A DNA stretch of 60,405 nucleotides, counting the filler, from Candidatus Fermentibacterota bacterium (GTDB lineage: Bacteria; JAFGKV01): the NCBI GenBank assembly GCA_016928395.1. It is 5 parts of 5 records of this genome, joined end to end, with 100 filler letters (N's around TTAATTAATTAA, not from the genome) between each part and the next. Parts side by side here need not be neighbours in the genome. Positions count along the whole stretch, not along the records: positions 22,166 to 52,009 come from JAFGKV010000006.1; 4 more parts are not named here. The stretch is one strand, 5' to 3'. This document shows positions 39,341 to 49,376 of the stretch, piece by piece (position 1 is the first letter of the stretch; every line of letters begins with the position of its first letter). A program made the position numbers and the translations under genes. The notes beneath the pieces are model-generated. The model searched no databases, was not told the DNA's origin, and saw only the letters and a program-made list of their open reading frames with translations.

Positions 39341-40867
39341 ATGAGGCGGCGAGCCAGCTTGCCTAAGGAGGACAACGTGGCGCATGGGAAGGAATTGGAC
39401 ACGGGGGATGACCTCCAGAACGCTGAAGGCCCCTCCCCCATCACGGCCAGACTTCGGGCCATACGGGCCAGGGCCAAGGCCAGTGATGAACGTATGGACA
39501 TGGTCATGCAGGCAGTCGATGAGGCAAAATCACAGCTGGAGGATCAACTGATCCGTACGCAGCGCGACCTCGATGACCGCGTGGCAACCGCGGAGACGCG
39601 AAGCCAGGAGCTTGAAACCAAGCTCCTGGAGATTCAGAGCGGTGCAACGGGTCTGCATACCCACGTAGCAGGAAGCGTAGAGTCAATGAAGGAATGGCTT
39701 CAACAGAAGATGGGGGAACTCGACCAAGAACTCTCAGGCCGGCTGGAGAGCATGGAGCGAGGCGAGCAGGAGGTGGAAGGACGTTTGAAGCGATTCGAGG
39801 ACGTCGGCGAACGTCTGAAGGCCATGATCTCCGCCACCGAAACTATGGGGCCGGGCCTGAAGGAACTACTGGGCGCGGTGGACGGGATGAAGGAGGACAT
39901 AGGCGCCAGCATCGAGACGATGGCCACTGTTCGCGAGGATTTGCACGGCAGCATTGATGCCCTGACGCAAGCCCAGGTCGATCTCGCGCGACGGCTTGCC
40001 GAGATTGAGACTGTGCAGACACAAGGCCAGGCCGATCTCTCCCGGCGTCTTGCGAGCCACGACGCCGCGTTGACCCAAACTCAGGGCGCCATCGATGCCG
40101 CGACCACGCAGGTGCGCGCCGCCCTGGATGAGGCCTTGGCGGTCTTCGATCGGCGGGCGGCCGAGGTGAGGGAGCTCACCGTGCTCTCTCCCAGCGATTT
40201 CCCCTACTTCCGCTTCGAGGATTTGCATCGCGGAAGCGCCGATGCCGTGCGGGATCTCATTCGTCCGTTCGTCCGTCATTTCGTCCGATGTCAACGCGTG
40301 GCTGATCTGGGGTGCGGCCGTGGCGAGTTCCTCGATCTCTGCACGCAGGAAGGGATCGGCGCGTATGGAGTCGATTCCAACGAAGACATGGTACTGCACT
40401 GTCAGCGTATCGGCCTTGACGTGAAGTGCGAGGATATCGTCGAGCATCTTTCGGGGCTGAGTGCCAAGTGCATTGACGGGGTGTTTTGTTCCCAGGTCGT
40501 GGAGCATCTCCCCATGCAGAAGGTCCAGACGCTGTTGCGCGAGTGCTACCGGGCGCTCAAAGTCGGCACCCACATGGTAGTGGTCACCATAAACCCGCTC
40601 TCGTTGTTTGCCCTGGCCAACAACTTCTTCCTCGACCCTACCCACGTGCGGCCGCTCCCACCTGAGACCATGCGGTTTTTGGCAGAGGACGCCGGCTTCC
40701 GAAAGCTCACGGTGTCGTATTTCTCCCCGTTTGGGCCGGACTACAGCCTGGTTCCTGTTCGGTTCGATCCGGAGAGTGACGAGCAGCGCGCAATACGAGT
40801 GAACTTCGATAGGCTGAACCACGTGGTATTCGGCTACCAGGAGTACGCGCTCATTGGGCTCAAGTAG
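39341..40867 (+). CDS. Long coiled coil plus class I SAM methyltransferase (candidate glycan chain terminator)
   Basis: FEDLHRGS, DLGCGRGEFL, SQVVEHL, TINP, FFLDPTHVRP, YQEYAL. Confidence 0.85.
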   Translation: MRRRASLPKEDNVAHGKELDTGDDLQNAEGPSPITARLRAIRARAKASDERMDMVMQAVDEAKSQLEDQLIRTQRDLDDRVATAETRSQELETKLLEIQSGATGLHTHVAGSVESMKEWLQQKMGELDQELSGRLESMERGEQEVEGRLKRFEDVGERLKAMISATETMGPGLKELLGAVDGMKEDIGASIETMATVREDLHGSIDALTQAQVDLARRLAEIETVQTQGQADLSRRLASHDAALTQTQGAIDAATTQVRAALDEALAVFDRRAAEVRELTVLSPSDFPYFRFEDLHRGSADAVRDLIRPFVRHFVRCQRVADLGCGRGEFLDLCTQEGIGAYGVDSNEDMVLHCQRIGLDVKCEDIVEHLSGLSAKCIDGVFCSQVVEHLPMQKVQTLLRECYRALKVGTHMVVVTINPLSLFALANNFFLDPTHVRPLPPETMRFLAEDAGFRKLTVSYFSPFGPDYSLVPVRFDPESDEQRAIRVNFDRLNHVVFGYQEYALIGLK

Positions 40868-42944
40868 GCTGACCGTAGTGGCCCCCCCACGGGGCGTCAA
40901 TCGCGGCTACTGGTCATCTTTTACGGCCGCGATGCTGCCCAGGCTGCAACGCTTCTGGGAAGTGGTGATACAAAGCACGCCGACTTCCAGCGGCTTTGGG
41001 CCAGCCCACGGCAGTGACCCGGTGGTCGGTATCGGTCCATCCTGCGAGAGCACCCCTCCTCCCGGCCGTCTTGTGTGGATCCCCCGAATCGGCGAGCCTG
41101 TGAACCGCTCCCACCCCTGGTCCACCGCGGACCTGATATTACTGCCGCTGGGTGTCGGCCCGGTGGACGCCACGCTCCCCGTGACGCATTTGGGGTCAGG
41201 CCTGCCTGAGCGGGGCCAAGGCCATGAGGTTGATGCCTCCGCCGCACCGGTAGCCACAGTGATCTGGCCGGAGGAAGAGCACGGTCTCCCCATGTTTCTC
41301 CAGACCCTAGCCCGTGGGAGCATTCCTATTGTGCCCGCCAGGGATGCTTTGCTGGCCTATCTCTGCGAGCGAGGAGCCATGGGGTTACCCTGTCGCGACG
41401 AGGCGGAGGCGCGTTCTGCGGTGGGCTACCTATCGGCCAACCCCCTTCTCGCCGCCCGCATGCGGGAGGCAGGTCGTCGCTTTGCCCGGAGGTACTTGTC
41501 GTGGAGCCGGGTCTTCCAGCGTCTTCACGCAGGGCTTCGCGCACTTGGCGAGGCGTCGTCTTCCGCCCATGTCATCGTTCTGAACTGGAACGGGAAAGTC
41601 CTGCTGCCGGACTGTCTTGAAGCCCTTCGTGACCAGTATTACCCCCGCATGGTGCCGGTCATGGTGGACAATGGCAGCCGCGATGGCAGCTCCCGCTTCA
41701 TCAGGGATGTCTTTCCCGAATGCAGGGTGCTTGAGAACCGAACCAACCTGGGGTTTGCCGAGGGCAACAATGTAGGTATCCGGGCCGCCATGGCTGAAGG
41801 GGCGGACTACATCGTGCTTCTGAACAACGATACCAGAGTCGCCCGCGGATGGCTTCGCGCTCTCATCAGGCACGCGGATGAGGACCACTCCATCGGTGCG
41901 GCGGGATCGAGGATGCTCTTCTTCGATCGGCCACGCACCGTGAATAGTGCAGGCGGTGCCATGAATCAGGCTCTGTACGGGTGGGATAGGGGAGTATTCG
42001 AGCGTGATGGGAAACGATGGCGGCAAGGGCGTGACTGCCTCGCCGTCACCGGAGGCTCAATGCTTCTCCGTGTCGAAGCCTTGCGCCGTGCCGGCCTCTT
42101 CGACAAGGCTTACTTCGCCTACTACGAAGACAATGACCTCTGCCACCGTATCAGGCTTGCCGGATGGCGGGTCGTCTATGTTCCCGATAGCGCAGTGTTC
42201 CACAAACTATCCGCAACCTCAGGGCCTGTCTCTGAGTGGAAGACATTCCTGCTGGAGCGTTCCCGCTATCGATACATCCTGAAGAACGTACCGATGCGTT
42301 ATCTGGCCCGGCATGGCAATGAGCTTCTGGCCCAAGAGTGGTCTGAACTCAGATCGTGGTGGCGAGCCCGGGAGTATCGCAGAATCCTCACGCAGATTCG
42401 AGCAGCGTGGGGGGCAGGATCAAGGCTTCCGGACGTCCTTCTCTGGCGTCTCCTGCGCAGGTCAGGTCGAGAGACAGGGTGGACTACGATGCTCATCAAG
42501 GGGTTCTCACGACCCGGGTTCCCCGGCGTGGTGGACGAGTTCGTGGATCTCTACCGCGGCATGACACCAGAGGGCCGTATCATCACCACATGCGTCTGCC
42601 AGCCCCTGCGGGGAGATTGGTCTCCCGTGCAGCCGACATTCCCGAAGCTCAGGCTCTTGCAGGGATGCGGCACCGTCAGCATGACCAACCATCGCATAGT
42701 CGAAGGTTACCTCCAGATCCACCTCTTCCTCTACCCGGAACATGCGCCCGCGGAACTTGAAGTTTCGTGCCGGCCAGGGCACGATAGCGGCGTGGCCATT
42801 GCCACTCCGGGTTGGCACACCTTGGCAATCCCTGTCTGTGATGTCCCGCCCCGGGCGGTCGTACGACTGGTTGCCAACCGCTCCGTAGGAATCAATGAGG
42901 TAAGCCTGCTGCCTGCGGACAGCCCACTTCTTCGCGCCTCCTGA
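40854..42944 (+). CDS. GT2 glycosyltransferase with a degenerate N-terminal GT-B-like region
   Basis: IVLNWNG, VDNGSRD, NLGFAEGNN, LLNNDT, FDKAYFAYYEDNDLC. Confidence 0.85.
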   Translation: MGSSRLTVVAPPRGVNRGYWSSFTAAMLPRLQRFWEVVIQSTPTSSGFGPAHGSDPVVGIGPSCESTPPPGRLVWIPRIGEPVNRSHPWSTADLILLPLGVGPVDATLPVTHLGSGLPERGQGHEVDASAAPVATVIWPEEEHGLPMFLQTLARGSIPIVPARDALLAYLCERGAMGLPCRDEAEARSAVGYLSANPLLAARMREAGRRFARRYLSWSRVFQRLHAGLRALGEASSSAHVIVLNWNGKVLLPDCLEALRDQYYPRMVPVMVDNGSRDGSSRFIRDVFPECRVLENRTNLGFAEGNNVGIRAAMAEGADYIVLLNNDTRVARGWLRALIRHADEDHSIGAAGSRMLFFDRPRTVNSAGGAMNQALYGWDRGVFERDGKRWRQGRDCLAVTGGSMLLRVEALRRAGLFDKAYFAYYEDNDLCHRIRLAGWRVVYVPDSAVFHKLSATSGPVSEWKTFLLERSRYRYILKNVPMRYLARHGNELLAQEWSELRSWWRAREYRRILTQIRAAWGAGSRLPDVLLWRLLRRSGRETGWTTMLIKGFSRPGFPGVVDEFVDLYRGMTPEGRIITTCVCQPLRGDWSPVQPTFPKLRLLQGCGTVSMTNHRIVEGYLQIHLFLYPEHAPAELEVSCRPGHDSGVAIATPGWHTLAIPVCDVPPRAVVRLVANRSVGINEVSLLPADSPLLRAS

Positions 42945-42947
42945 AGC

Positions 42948-44189
42948 ATGCGGTTCCTCATTGTGACGCCGCTGTACTGGCCGGACAGCTCAGGCGCGAC
43001 TAGGCTGCTGCAAGGGTATGCAGAGGGGCTTGCGGCCAAAGGGCATACTGTCGAGGTGTGGACCACTGAAGCCGCGGAGAACAGGGCGCTGTACTTTGCT
43101 TCGGCGGCGCGGGTCTCCGTACGACAGACTATGCACGGGGGGGTGGGCATCCGGCGCTTCCGTTTGTGGCATCCAGCACACAAGGCGCAGTCCTTTGGCA
43201 AGGCGTTCCGGCTGCCGATGCCCGGGTCGGGGTATGCCTTCGACGAGCCCCATGTAACCTCGCTGGGTCTGCTCCGGGCCGCCTTCCTCTGGCGCGGCCG
43301 GTTCGACATGGTGCTGGCCGGCTATCTTCCGTTTACTGCTTTCATCTACGCGGGTTCCCTCGTAGCCAAGCGCCATGGGATTCCTCTGGCAGTCCTGCCG
43401 CTTCTCCATCTGGGAGAGCCCAGCGATCACACCCTGCTGGCCTCGTTCGGCCGGCCGTTGCAACGGAGGGTTCTCCACATGGCAGACATCCTGCTGGCCA
43501 ATACCGACGTCGAGGTCGCCGCCCTTCGACAATGGGGAATAGAGCCTCGGCGGGTCGCTGTCGTTGGCGCCGGGATCGATCCCTCTACCCTGCAGGACGG
43601 CGTTGCCCACCGCTTCCGGAGGCAGTACGGGCTTCGGCACCCCATAGTGTTTCAGGTCTCGACCCAAACCCACGACAAAGGCTCTCATCATCTGGTGGAG
43701 GCAATGAAGCAGGTGTGGGCCACCGGGACGGAGGCACACCTGATCTTGGTTGGCCGCGTCCTCCCTGATTTCGATGAGTATTTCTCCCAACAGCCCAGGG
43801 AAGTCCTGGAGCGTGTAGTGTGCACGGGCCATCTGGGCGAACAGGCCAAGGCTGATTTGCTGGCCGCAGGAGACGTGATGGTCATGCTTTCCCGGGCGGA
43901 GAGTTTTGGCATCTCCTATCTGGAGGCCTGGTGGTACGGCAAGCCCGTCGTGGGCAGCTATGCTGGCTCGCTTCCCGCACTGATCTGGGATGGTGTTGAT
44001 GGGTTCCTTGTCCCGTTTGCGGATGTGCACATGCTGGCGGAGACTCTGGTGAGATTGCTCACCCGGCCCGACTTGCGCGTCCACATGGGTGAGGCGGGCA
44101 GATCCAAGGCGCGTTCGTCGTTCTTGTGGCCCCAGCGGTTGGACCGTCTGGAGCGTGCGCTCTATACCGTGGACGGTAGGAAACGATGA
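42948..44189 (+). CDS. Glycosyltransferase family 4
   Basis: YWPDSSG, DKG, SRAESFGISYLEAW..GKPVV. Confidence 0.88.
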   Translation: MRFLIVTPLYWPDSSGATRLLQGYAEGLAAKGHTVEVWTTEAAENRALYFASAARVSVRQTMHGGVGIRRFRLWHPAHKAQSFGKAFRLPMPGSGYAFDEPHVTSLGLLRAAFLWRGRFDMVLAGYLPFTAFIYAGSLVAKRHGIPLAVLPLLHLGEPSDHTLLASFGRPLQRRVLHMADILLANTDVEVAALRQWGIEPRRVAVVGAGIDPSTLQDGVAHRFRRQYGLRHPIVFQVSTQTHDKGSHHLVEAMKQVWATGTEAHLILVGRVLPDFDEYFSQQPREVLERVVCTGHLGEQAKADLLAAGDVMVMLSRAESFGISYLEAWWYGKPVVGSYAGSLPALIWDGVDGFLVPFADVHMLAETLVRLLTRPDLRVHMGEAGRSKARSSFLWPQRLDRLERALYTVDGRKR

Positions 44190-45331
44190 TCCACAGGATA
44201 GGCATCGATATTTCCAGAACCCTGGGCCAGCCCGGAGGAGTCGGTTTGTTTGCGGATAGATTTGTCCGTGCTCTGGTGCGAGTGGACACGACGAATCGGT
44301 ACACCCTGTATCCGTTCTTCTGGTTCTGCCATCCTCCAGACTATCGCCAGGCCTTCAAGCCAAAGACCAGAAACTTCCGGCTGCATGACCAGAATCGAAG
44401 CTTCGAGACTCTCAGGCGGCGGTGGTCCGGAGAGGATCTGCCGCCGCGAGAGCTCCTCGGGCCCGTCGAGCTTCTTCATTCACCGGGATACACAGCTCCC
44501 TATGTGCCCGGAATCAGGCTGTGCGTGACCATCCATGACATGAGTTTCCTGACCCATCCCCATTTCCACACGGAGGAGAATCGGAAGTTCTGTATGGTAC
44601 AGTCTCTTCGTGCGGCACGGCTCGCCGACGCGATTCTCTGTGACTCACAATCCACGGCAGATGATGTGCGAAGGTACTTGCACGTTCCATTAGACCGGCT
44701 CTTCGTCATTCCCGGTGCGGCGGGTCCGGAGTTCCGGAGGCTCGAAGACTCACAGGCGATCGCCTTGACCCTGCTTCGACTCGGGATCACTGAGAACTTT
44801 CTGCTCTTTGTGGGATCCGTCGAACCGAGGAAGAACCTTTCCGCGCTTATCGAGGCCTTTGCACGGCTGAAGCTGGGCTCCCAAAGGCCTGAATGGCTGG
44901 TCATAGCCGGCGGGACAGGGTGGAAGAATGAACAGATCTACGAACGGGTTCGCGAACTCAAACTGGAGCACGCTGTACGGTTTCTCGGCTACCTACCCGT
45001 CGAAGACCTGGTGGTACTCTATAATGCCTGCCGGGCCTTCGTCTATCCCTCACTCTACGAGGGCTTCGGTTTGCCGGTGCTCGAAGCAATGTCATGCGGG
45101 GCGCCGGTGGTGAGTTCGGGGGTCTCGTCACTGCCCGAAGTGGCCGGCGATGCCGCGCTTCTCATCGATCCCCACGATGGTGACGCTTTGGTGGAAGCAA
45201 TGGAAGCGGTACTTGACGACGCGGGACTCCGGGCCACTTTGCGAGCGAAGGGGGTGGAGCAGGCGTCGCGGTTCTCCTGGGAACAGACGGCCCGGCTTAC
45301 CGTGGAGGTGTACCAGAGATTTCTTTCGTAG
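44186..45331 (+). CDS. Glycosyltransferase family 4 (WbdB/MtfB mannosyltransferase-like)
   Basis: VTIHDM, FVGSVEPRKNL, PSLYEGFGLPVLEAMSCGAPVV, SSLPEVAGDA, FSWEQTA. Confidence 0.92.
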   Translation: MIHRIGIDISRTLGQPGGVGLFADRFVRALVRVDTTNRYTLYPFFWFCHPPDYRQAFKPKTRNFRLHDQNRSFETLRRRWSGEDLPPRELLGPVELLHSPGYTAPYVPGIRLCVTIHDMSFLTHPHFHTEENRKFCMVQSLRAARLADAILCDSQSTADDVRRYLHVPLDRLFVIPGAAGPEFRRLEDSQAIALTLLRLGITENFLLFVGSVEPRKNLSALIEAFARLKLGSQRPEWLVIAGGTGWKNEQIYERVRELKLEHAVRFLGYLPVEDLVVLYNACRAFVYPSLYEGFGLPVLEAMSCGAPVVSSGVSSLPEVAGDAALLIDPHDGDALVEAMEAVLDDAGLRATLRAKGVEQASRFSWEQTARLTVEVYQRFLS

Positions 45332-45370
45332 GAGTGTGTGTGACCTGCGGAAGATAGAAGGAGGTTTTCC

Positions 45371-45856
45371 GTGAGATCGAGAATCATGCGCATTGTTTCT
45401 GCGGCTCTGCTGACGGGGCTTCATTGCAGCACCAGCGAGCCGTCGGCGCACTGCGTTGCTGATCCCGGCCTGGACAATCGGCTGAGCTGGGAAGCACAGC
45501 ACGCGAGCATCGCCGAAGGCACCGCCATCCTGAAGAGCCCGGATGGCATCGAGGTCGCTCAGGTACGGCAGAAGCTCGAGACCCTCAAGCCTCATACGAA
45601 CTACAATCTCTCCGTGAGGGTTCGGGCATTGCATACCCCGAGCGCACAACTGAGCCTCGACCTGTTCCTTGATGAAGGCTATGACAGCCCCGACCAGGAG
45701 CTGCTGGTTCTTCCCGATGCCATCGACGCCACCTTTCGGACTTTTCATCGAACGATAGGCACCAATGCCTTTCCCGAGCAGCCCTATCTGAGAGTGTTCA
45801 CGTTCAGCACCGTACCTGTCGAGGTCGATGAGATAGGGCTGGTCGAAACGAAGTGA
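45371..45856 (+). CDS. Putative lipoprotein with a galactose-binding/CBM-like beta-sandwich
   Basis: GGAGG RBS; signal peptide ending in Cys; LKPHTNYNLSVRVR...VDEIGLVE pattern. Confidence 0.55.
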   Translation: MRSRIMRIVSAALLTGLHCSTSEPSAHCVADPGLDNRLSWEAQHASIAEGTAILKSPDGIEVAQVRQKLETLKPHTNYNLSVRVRALHTPSAQLSLDLFLDEGYDSPDQELLVLPDAIDATFRTFHRTIGTNAFPEQPYLRVFTFSTVPVEVDEIGLVETK

Positions 45857-45936
45857 TGAGTCCTCCAGTGTCATCCCCGGTCCGTCAGGTTTGATTCCGG
45901 CATACAGCGCATGGGGCCCGCGCGGAGCCTGACCCA

Positions 45937-47157
45937 GTGAACCGAACGGCGCGGGTGGTGCTGGTGCTGGCGGCTGCGGCGCCACTTGTGATGTCACGTG
46001 TGGTTCCGGTCGTGCGCTATGGCGACGCCAGCGACTATGTGATGATGGCGATGAGCATCGCCCGCGACGGTGATTTGCGGTATGACGACGGCGACCTCCA
46101 GCGGATCTTGGCGGACCGGCCGCCGGCGACGGACTACCCCGCAGGCATGTTTCTTGTCCGCGATCGAGTCGGCGGGCTTCACATCGGCGGCCACAGTTTC
46201 TACTACCCCTTGATTGCCACACCATTCTACATGGCCTTTGGCTTTCGTGGGTTCGCCCTGCTCAACGCGCTCTTGCTGGGGGTTTCCTGCTTTCTTGTGA
46301 GCAGGCATTTTCAGCGTACAGGGTATTGGGGATCCGTCGTGTGGGCGGCCGCGGGGATACTCTGCTCGGCCAGCGCGACCTATACCATCTGGCCGACTTC
46401 AGAGGTGTGGCTTCTGTTTCTGAGCCTGGCGTTTCTGAGTGCGTATCAAAGCCATCGTATCGCCGTGGCGGGTTCTCTTCTCGGGCTTGCCGCCGCAAGC
46501 CAAGCGCCCATGGGTCTGTGGGTAGTGCTCCCCGTGGCAGATTGGATTCGAGGCCGTCTCGGTCTTCGTGACCTGGTTCGCCTCGGGGTGCTGGCACTGA
46601 CGCTGGCGGCACCACAGGTGATCCACTACGCCCTCGTCTCGGGTCGCGCACACATTGCATGGTTGGACCTGCGTACCTCAAGTCGCTTTCTTTATTACCC
46701 GGTGGCATTTCCTGGTCAGGCCCATTTCGACCGGGCCGCGCACGCAGTGGCCTTCTCTGGTTTCTCCCGCCTGGAGCATTTCCATCCGGGCGATATCGTC
46801 CGGGCTCTGGTATCGCCCAGACTGGGGCTGCTGTGGTTCTATCCCCTTTCGGCACTGGCAGTACTGCGTATGTGGCGAGAGCGCCAGGGCGGACTTGCGG
46901 CAGGGGCGGCCCTGGTGGTGCTGGCGGCCTTCTGCACCGCCGGGCAACTCACCAGCCATCAAGTTGGGCTCCGTTACCTCAACCCTGTATACCCTGCCTT
47001 GCTGGTGGGATTTCGTTCCTTTCGGTGGGATCGAGTGGAGCGGGCGCTTCTGGTGATCGGAGTGCTCCTTGGCCTGAGCTTCCTCTTCTTTCCCCGGGCC
47101 AACTCCAGCGAACTCATCACACACAAGGCTGTGCCTACCACCGTGCTCTATCGGTGA
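45937..47157 (+). CDS. Multi-pass membrane protein, GT-C-like
   Basis: GDASDYVMMAMSIARDGDL loop after TM1; many TMs; GLRYL motif. Confidence 0.6.
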   Translation: MNRTARVVLVLAAAAPLVMSRVVPVVRYGDASDYVMMAMSIARDGDLRYDDGDLQRILADRPPATDYPAGMFLVRDRVGGLHIGGHSFYYPLIATPFYMAFGFRGFALLNALLLGVSCFLVSRHFQRTGYWGSVVWAAAGILCSASATYTIWPTSEVWLLFLSLAFLSAYQSHRIAVAGSLLGLAAASQAPMGLWVVLPVADWIRGRLGLRDLVRLGVLALTLAAPQVIHYALVSGRAHIAWLDLRTSSRFLYYPVAFPGQAHFDRAAHAVAFSGFSRLEHFHPGDIVRALVSPRLGLLWFYPLSALAVLRMWRERQGGLAAGAALVVLAAFCTAGQLTSHQVGLRYLNPVYPALLVGFRSFRWDRVERALLVIGVLLGLSFLFFPRANSSELITHKAVPTTVLYR

Positions 47158-47408
47158 GGGCTCCCGACACCGCGATCTCTCGGCATTCGGACGGTCTGTT
47201 CGAAGGGCGGTGTTCATTCATCTCAAGGATGGCGAGAGGCTGGCGAGAACGACGGGCGCCTTCCATTGCCAAGGGTCGGCACGCTGAACGGTTTCCTGGG
47301 TACTCTCACGAGCTGGTTCGCCTGATCGGGACGCACGGGAGATCCTTGTGTGGTGCCGCACAGGTGTATCTGAGGGAGTAATCGGTTCCTTGGAGTTCGG
47401 CGGGGGAC

Positions 47409-49376
47409 TCAGCCTGCCCACCCTATCCCCAGCTCCTCCAGCTTCCTCCCTTCGGGGCGTCCGGTGAGAGGATCCCATCCGCGAAGGTGATAGTATTCAT
47501 CGAGAACCCTGCGAAAGCTTTCGGCCTTCATGGACATCGGCCTGCCCACCAAGGGATTGATGTGATTCTCCGGAGCCGAGAAGTAGGGAATGACGGCTTC
47601 ATCGTGATTCCGAGAACGGCTGAAGAGTCGAATCTGAATGCACCGATCGAGATTCACCACGCGCTCACAGATCGTTTCGAATTCGCCCTCGCCGATGTCG
47701 TGCCCGGTGGCAAGGCGGTACATCTCATGTTCGAATGACGGCCCCGGGATTCTTCTTCCTTCGAAGATCACTCGGGCAAAATGATCGTCGGTATGCAGAC
47801 TGAAGATACGCGGGTAGATCTGATCTCCGACCGTGAGCGAATCCTTGATCACGCTTCGGTGCTGATGCCACACTGCGGGATAGGCCTTGGCATTGTACCC
47901 GCTGCCAGGGCTGAAGGCGTCACGCGAGCCGTACACCCGCTCCCCGAGGCTCTCGATGATATCCCACTTTAGGCCTTCCACGGGCGAGCAGGACTTGGAC
48001 CATCCCATTACATTCTGTACATAGCCGTGACCGCTGCTGATGGGATCGCGAGTGTCGGTGGCCCATTGAAGAGCAGACACCAGCCAGTAGGGGAAGTAGA
48101 TGAAGTTGATATGGTCGCCGTGCCCGTCCCAATGGCCGGCATACCCCCATGCGGGATAGAACTCGCCGATGAACTCCTGGCCGAATCCCAGGATTCCGGC
48201 CGCGCGGACCCCTCCCTCCGCCAGGGCGTCACCGATCCCCTCGCGATACGCGATCTTGCGCAGCAGGCGATGCCAGATGACAGGATCGGAGAGATCGAAA
48301 GCCATGCCATCGAAATCCCGCAGCATGCCCTCCTGATGGCATCTCCTCAGCCACGGGATGATTCCCACGAGCAATTCCCAGTGGTTCAGACCGAAGTCGT
48401 TGGCGTAACGCCCCACCTCGAATCCGGCCTCAAACCCGATGTTCCAATCATAGAAGGTTCCCTTCGGCCCCGGAAACAACTGCGCGATGCAGTCCACCTG
48501 CCCCGAATGAAGGCCCTTCCCCACCACTGCCGGGACATTACGGTAGTACCGGGCGTCCCAACACTGCACCTGGCACTGCTGCGTGCATGCATGGTATCGC
48601 TGGCCATACTTCTCCACCAGGTCTCTGTTCAGAGGGCGTGTGCGCGGCCACCCGTGCGAGCCGTGGGCCTCATTTGCAAGAAGCCTGCAGAATGAACTGA
48701 ACCGCTTTGGATCGGCGATGCGGATGGCGCCGCTGCCTCGAACGACGAGTGCCTTCAGCTTCTTACCTGCCATGACCGCACCGAATCCGCCTTGGCCGGA
48801 TGCGGACTCGGTTTCCGTGGCCATGACGGCGATGCGACAGAGGTTCTCTCCCGCGGGGCCAACAGCGAGGATCCTGCAGTCGCGGCCATGAACTGCCATG
48901 AGATCTTGCTGGGTCTGGTAGATTCCCTTGCCCCAGTGGCAGGCGGCACGGCGGAGTTGAATGGTGCCATCTTCGATGAGGAGATACACTGCATCAGGGG
49001 ATATGCCGGTGATCACGATGCCGTCGAATCCCGCATACTTGAGGGCGGGGCCGAAGTGTCCGCCGAAACTAGAACGGGTGAACCACGGTACGGGCCACCC
49101 CTGAGGCGCCAGGCCGCAGACCGTTGTCCGTCCGGAGAACGGCGCCGCTGTTCCCGTAAGTGGACCGGTCATCAAGATCAGAGGCGAATCCTCATGAAAC
49201 GGATCCGCCGGCGAGGGCACCAAATCCCATGCCAGCCGCGTTGCAACGCCTCGGCCGCCCATGTACTGGTAGACATACTCGCGGGAATCCATGGTCGAAA
49301 TCGACCCGGAGCTCAAGTTGACCGTGAGGATTGCTCCCTGCCAGCCGTTCATGGCTGGCTGCGTCACCCTATTCAT
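47409..49376 (-). CDS. Aldehyde:ferredoxin oxidoreductase family (tungstopterin) protein
   Basis: YMGGRG, GPLTGT, GGHFGPALKYAGFD, GPAGEN, GFGAVM..KKLKA, YYHLRGWD...G.P...LEELG. Confidence 0.9.
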   Translation of the reverse strand: MNRVTQPAMNGWQGAILTVNLSSGSISTMDSREYVYQYMGGRGVATRLAWDLVPSPADPFHEDSPLILMTGPLTGTAAPFSGRTTVCGLAPQGWPVPWFTRSSFGGHFGPALKYAGFDGIVITGISPDAVYLLIEDGTIQLRRAACHWGKGIYQTQQDLMAVHGRDCRILAVGPAGENLCRIAVMATETESASGQGGFGAVMAGKKLKALVVRGSGAIRIADPKRFSSFCRLLANEAHGSHGWPRTRPLNRDLVEKYGQRYHACTQQCQVQCWDARYYRNVPAVVGKGLHSGQVDCIAQLFPGPKGTFYDWNIGFEAGFEVGRYANDFGLNHWELLVGIIPWLRRCHQEGMLRDFDGMAFDLSDPVIWHRLLRKIAYREGIGDALAEGGVRAAGILGFGQEFIGEFYPAWGYAGHWDGHGDHINFIYFPYWLVSALQWATDTRDPISSGHGYVQNVMGWSKSCSPVEGLKWDIIESLGERVYGSRDAFSPGSGYNAKAYPAVWHQHRSVIKDSLTVGDQIYPRIFSLHTDDHFARVIFEGRRIPGPSFEHEMYRLATGHDIGEGEFETICERVVNLDRCIQIRLFSRSRNHDEAVIPYFSAPENHINPLVGRPMSMKAESFRRVLDEYYHLRGWDPLTGRPEGRKLEELGIGWAG

